Positions 62,412 through 64,000 of a stretch of 64,000 bases of DNA are shown here, piece after piece. A program made the position numbers and the translations under genes. Position 1 is the first letter of the stretch; each line of letters opens with the position of its first letter. The stretch comes from Nitrosopumilus sp. GTDB taxonomy: Archaea; Thermoproteota; Nitrososphaeria; Nitrososphaerales; Nitrosopumilaceae. The notes under the pieces are model-generated. The model was not told where the DNA came from. It ran no database searches and was given only the letters and a program-made list of their open reading frames with translations. The stretch is taken from NCBI GenBank assembly GCA_014384555.1, contig JACNFR010000055.1, forward strand, positions 7,240 to 71,239, in the 5' to 3' direction.

Positions 62412-64000
62412 ATGTCTGTTCAAGCAATTAAAGCAATTGATGGAATCAGATTTTCAGTATGGTCTCCAACTGAAATTAGAAAATATTCTGTAGCTGAAAT
62501 CACTGCTCCTGAAACATACGATGAAGATGGAATGCCAGTTCAAGGAGGTCTTATGGATGGAAGATTGGGAACACTTGAGCCTGGACAAAAATGTCTAACC
62601 TGTGGAAATACAGCTGCAAGATGTCCTGGACACTTTGGACACATTGAACTTGCAGAACCAATTTTACACATTGCCTTTATTGATAATATCTACAAACTAT
62701 TACAATCAACATGTCGTTCTTGTGCAAGACTCAAAGTCCCTCAAGATGATCTAAACGCATTCCAAAAAATTAAAGACAAACATGCAGCTTACACTGTAGT
62801 TTCACAAAAACGAATTCCTGAACAAATTATAGAAAAAGCAAAAAAAGCAAAGGAATGTCCTCACTGTGGAAAAACCCAATACGAACTAGTCTTTACAAAA
62901 CCAACAATCTTTGTAGAGAAAACTGAAATCGGTGAACACAGATTATTGCCAATTACAATTAGAGAAAGATTTACACAAATTCTAGATGAAGATTTATCAT
63001 TACTAAATTATGATCCAATAACTGCAAGACCAGAATGGTTTATCCTTCAAGCATTACCTGTACCACCAGTAACAGTTAGGCCTTCAATTATTCTTGAAAC
63101 AGGAATTAGATCTGAAGATGACTTGACACACAAAATGGTAGATATCATCAGAGTTAATCAAAGACTAAAAGAAAGTAAAGAAGCAGGTACTCCTCCATTA
63201 ATTGTACAAGATTTAGTTGACCTGTTACAATATCACTCTACAACATATTTCGATAACGAAGTTTCTGGAATTCCACAAGCTCATCACCGCTCTGGACGTC
63301 CACTCAAAACATTAACTCAAAGACTAAAAGGAAAAGAGGGAAGATTTAGAGGTTCATTATCTGGAAAGAGAGTTGACTTTTCAAGTAGAACTGTAATCTC
63401 ACCAGATCCTAACTTGGATTTGTCCGAAGTTGGAGTTCCTGAACAAGTTGCCATGAAATTAACTATTCCTGAAATTGTTACTGAATGGAACATTGAAAGA
63501 ATGAGAAAATTAGTAATCAATGGACCTGAAAAATTCCCAGGTGTAAACTATATCGTTAGACCTGATGGTGTAAAGATTAGATTAGATTTCGTAGAAGACC
63601 GTTCTACAATTGCTGAAACACTAGAAATCGGCTATCTCATTGAAAGACATCTTGCAGACGGTGATATTGTCATGTTCAACAGACAACCATCACTGCACCA
63701 AATGTCTATCATGGCTCACTATGTCAGAGTACTTCCAGGTAAAACTTTCAGATTACATCCTTCTGTTTGTCCACCATACAACGCAGACTTTGATGGTGAT
63801 GAGATGAACCTTCACGTTCCTCAAAGTGAAGAAGCAAGAGCAGAAGCAATTCTCTTAATGAGAGTTCAAGATCAATTAATTTCACCAAGATATGGTGGAC
63901 CAATTATTGGAGCACTAAGAGACTTTGTAACTGGCGCATACCTTCTAACTAAAGATGACACTACTCTATCTATTCAAGAGTTTTCAAACTATGCAATGCT
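62412..64000 (+). CDS. rpoA1: DNA-directed RNA polymerase subunit A' (Rpo1N), 3' end outside the window
   Basis: Not in the ORF track because no stop is reached. My translation starts [27 protein letters not shown]...[23 protein letters not shown] and includes the catalytic [15 protein letters not shown] near 63775-63815. Confidence 0.93.
   Translation, partial: MSVQAIKAIDGIRFSVWSPTEIRKYSVAEITAPETYDEDGMPVQGGLMDGRLGTLEPGQKCLTCGNTAARCPGHFGHIELAEPILHIAFIDNIYKLLQSTCRSCARLKVPQDDLNAFQKIKDKHAAYTVVSQKRIPEQIIEKAKKAKECPHCGKTQYELVFTKPTIFVEKTEIGEHRLLPITIRERFTQILDEDLSLLNYDPITARPEWFILQALPVPPVTVRPSIILETGIRSEDDLTHKMVDIIRVNQRLKESKEAGTPPLIVQDLVDLLQYHSTTYFDNEVSGIPQAHHRSGRPLKTLTQRLKGKEGRFRGSLSGKRVDFSSRTVISPDPNLDLSEVGVPEQVAMKLTIPEIVTEWNIERMRKLVINGPEKFPGVNYIVRPDGVKIRLDFVEDRSTIAETLEIGYLIERHLADGDIVMFNRQPSLHQMSIMAHYVRVLPGKTFRLHPSVCPPYNADFDGDEMNLHVPQSEEARAEAILLMRVQDQLISPRYGGPIIGALRDFVTGAYLLTKDDTTLSIQEFSNYAM

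Noticed and set aside
1-64000. Search by eye for CRISPR arrays, transposases, integrases, restriction-modification, toxin-antitoxin or other defence modules, inteins and introns
   Set aside because: I found none. The only repeats are short in-frame tandem repeats and the PEFG-gene duplication. tRNA genes appear intron-free, and large conserved proteins (RpoB, GlmS, ABCE1, GluRS) have normal lengths.

Overview
This is an AT-rich, densely coding chromosomal segment. Its gene content and synteny fit an ammonia-oxidising thaumarchaeon of the Nitrosopumilus type. The supporting features are: complex I nuoL-nuoN; a 5S rRNA gene standing alone; rpoN-eno-rps2-mvk-ipk-idi-idsA-gltX; rps13-rps4; rpoH, unsplit rpoB and rpoA'; a split transketolase plus transaldolase; a two-domain multicopper oxidase; and secreted proteins ending in PEFG + helix + basic tail. 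The taxonomic call is inference from remembered genome organisation, not a search result. I annotate about 70 protein genes, 4 tRNAs (Glu-UUC, Met-CAU, His-GUG, Leu-GAG), one 5S rRNA, one candidate C/D box sRNA, a decayed universal-stress-protein pseudogene, a tRNA-like relic and several perfect tandem repeats. I saw no CRISPR array, transposase, integrase or recognisable defence gene, and most of the window is housekeeping. Three regions deserve a second look. (1) Two clusters of lineage-specific secreted proteins (43.8-48.1 kb and 55.1-58.7 kb). The second is a tandem array of four paralogues with a PEFG-type C-terminal sorting signal; three of them share a nucleotide-identical ~100 bp 3' end and two share a duplicated promoter block. 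(2) A divergent larB / larC-larE nickel-pincer-cofactor cluster has malate dehydrogenase, a B12-type radical SAM gene and a cysteine desulfurase embedded in it. It has no canonical LarA; the only LarA-fold gene is 45 kb away and looks catalytically degenerate. (3) A metal island (39.2-43.7 kb) holds a secreted two-domain multicopper oxidase translationally coupled to a ZIP permease, next to a CDF exporter with three tandem cytoplasmic domains. Smaller items include a transketolase-N::ribulose-phosphate-epimerase fusion, a type-1 IDI homologue apparently lacking the catalytic Cys, unannotated mini-ORFs (a C2H2 finger next to 5S rRNA, a zinc ribbon, a Cys-rich peptide), a TGRGTG-repeat protein and repeat-encoded tails on ribosomal proteins uS13 and uS4.
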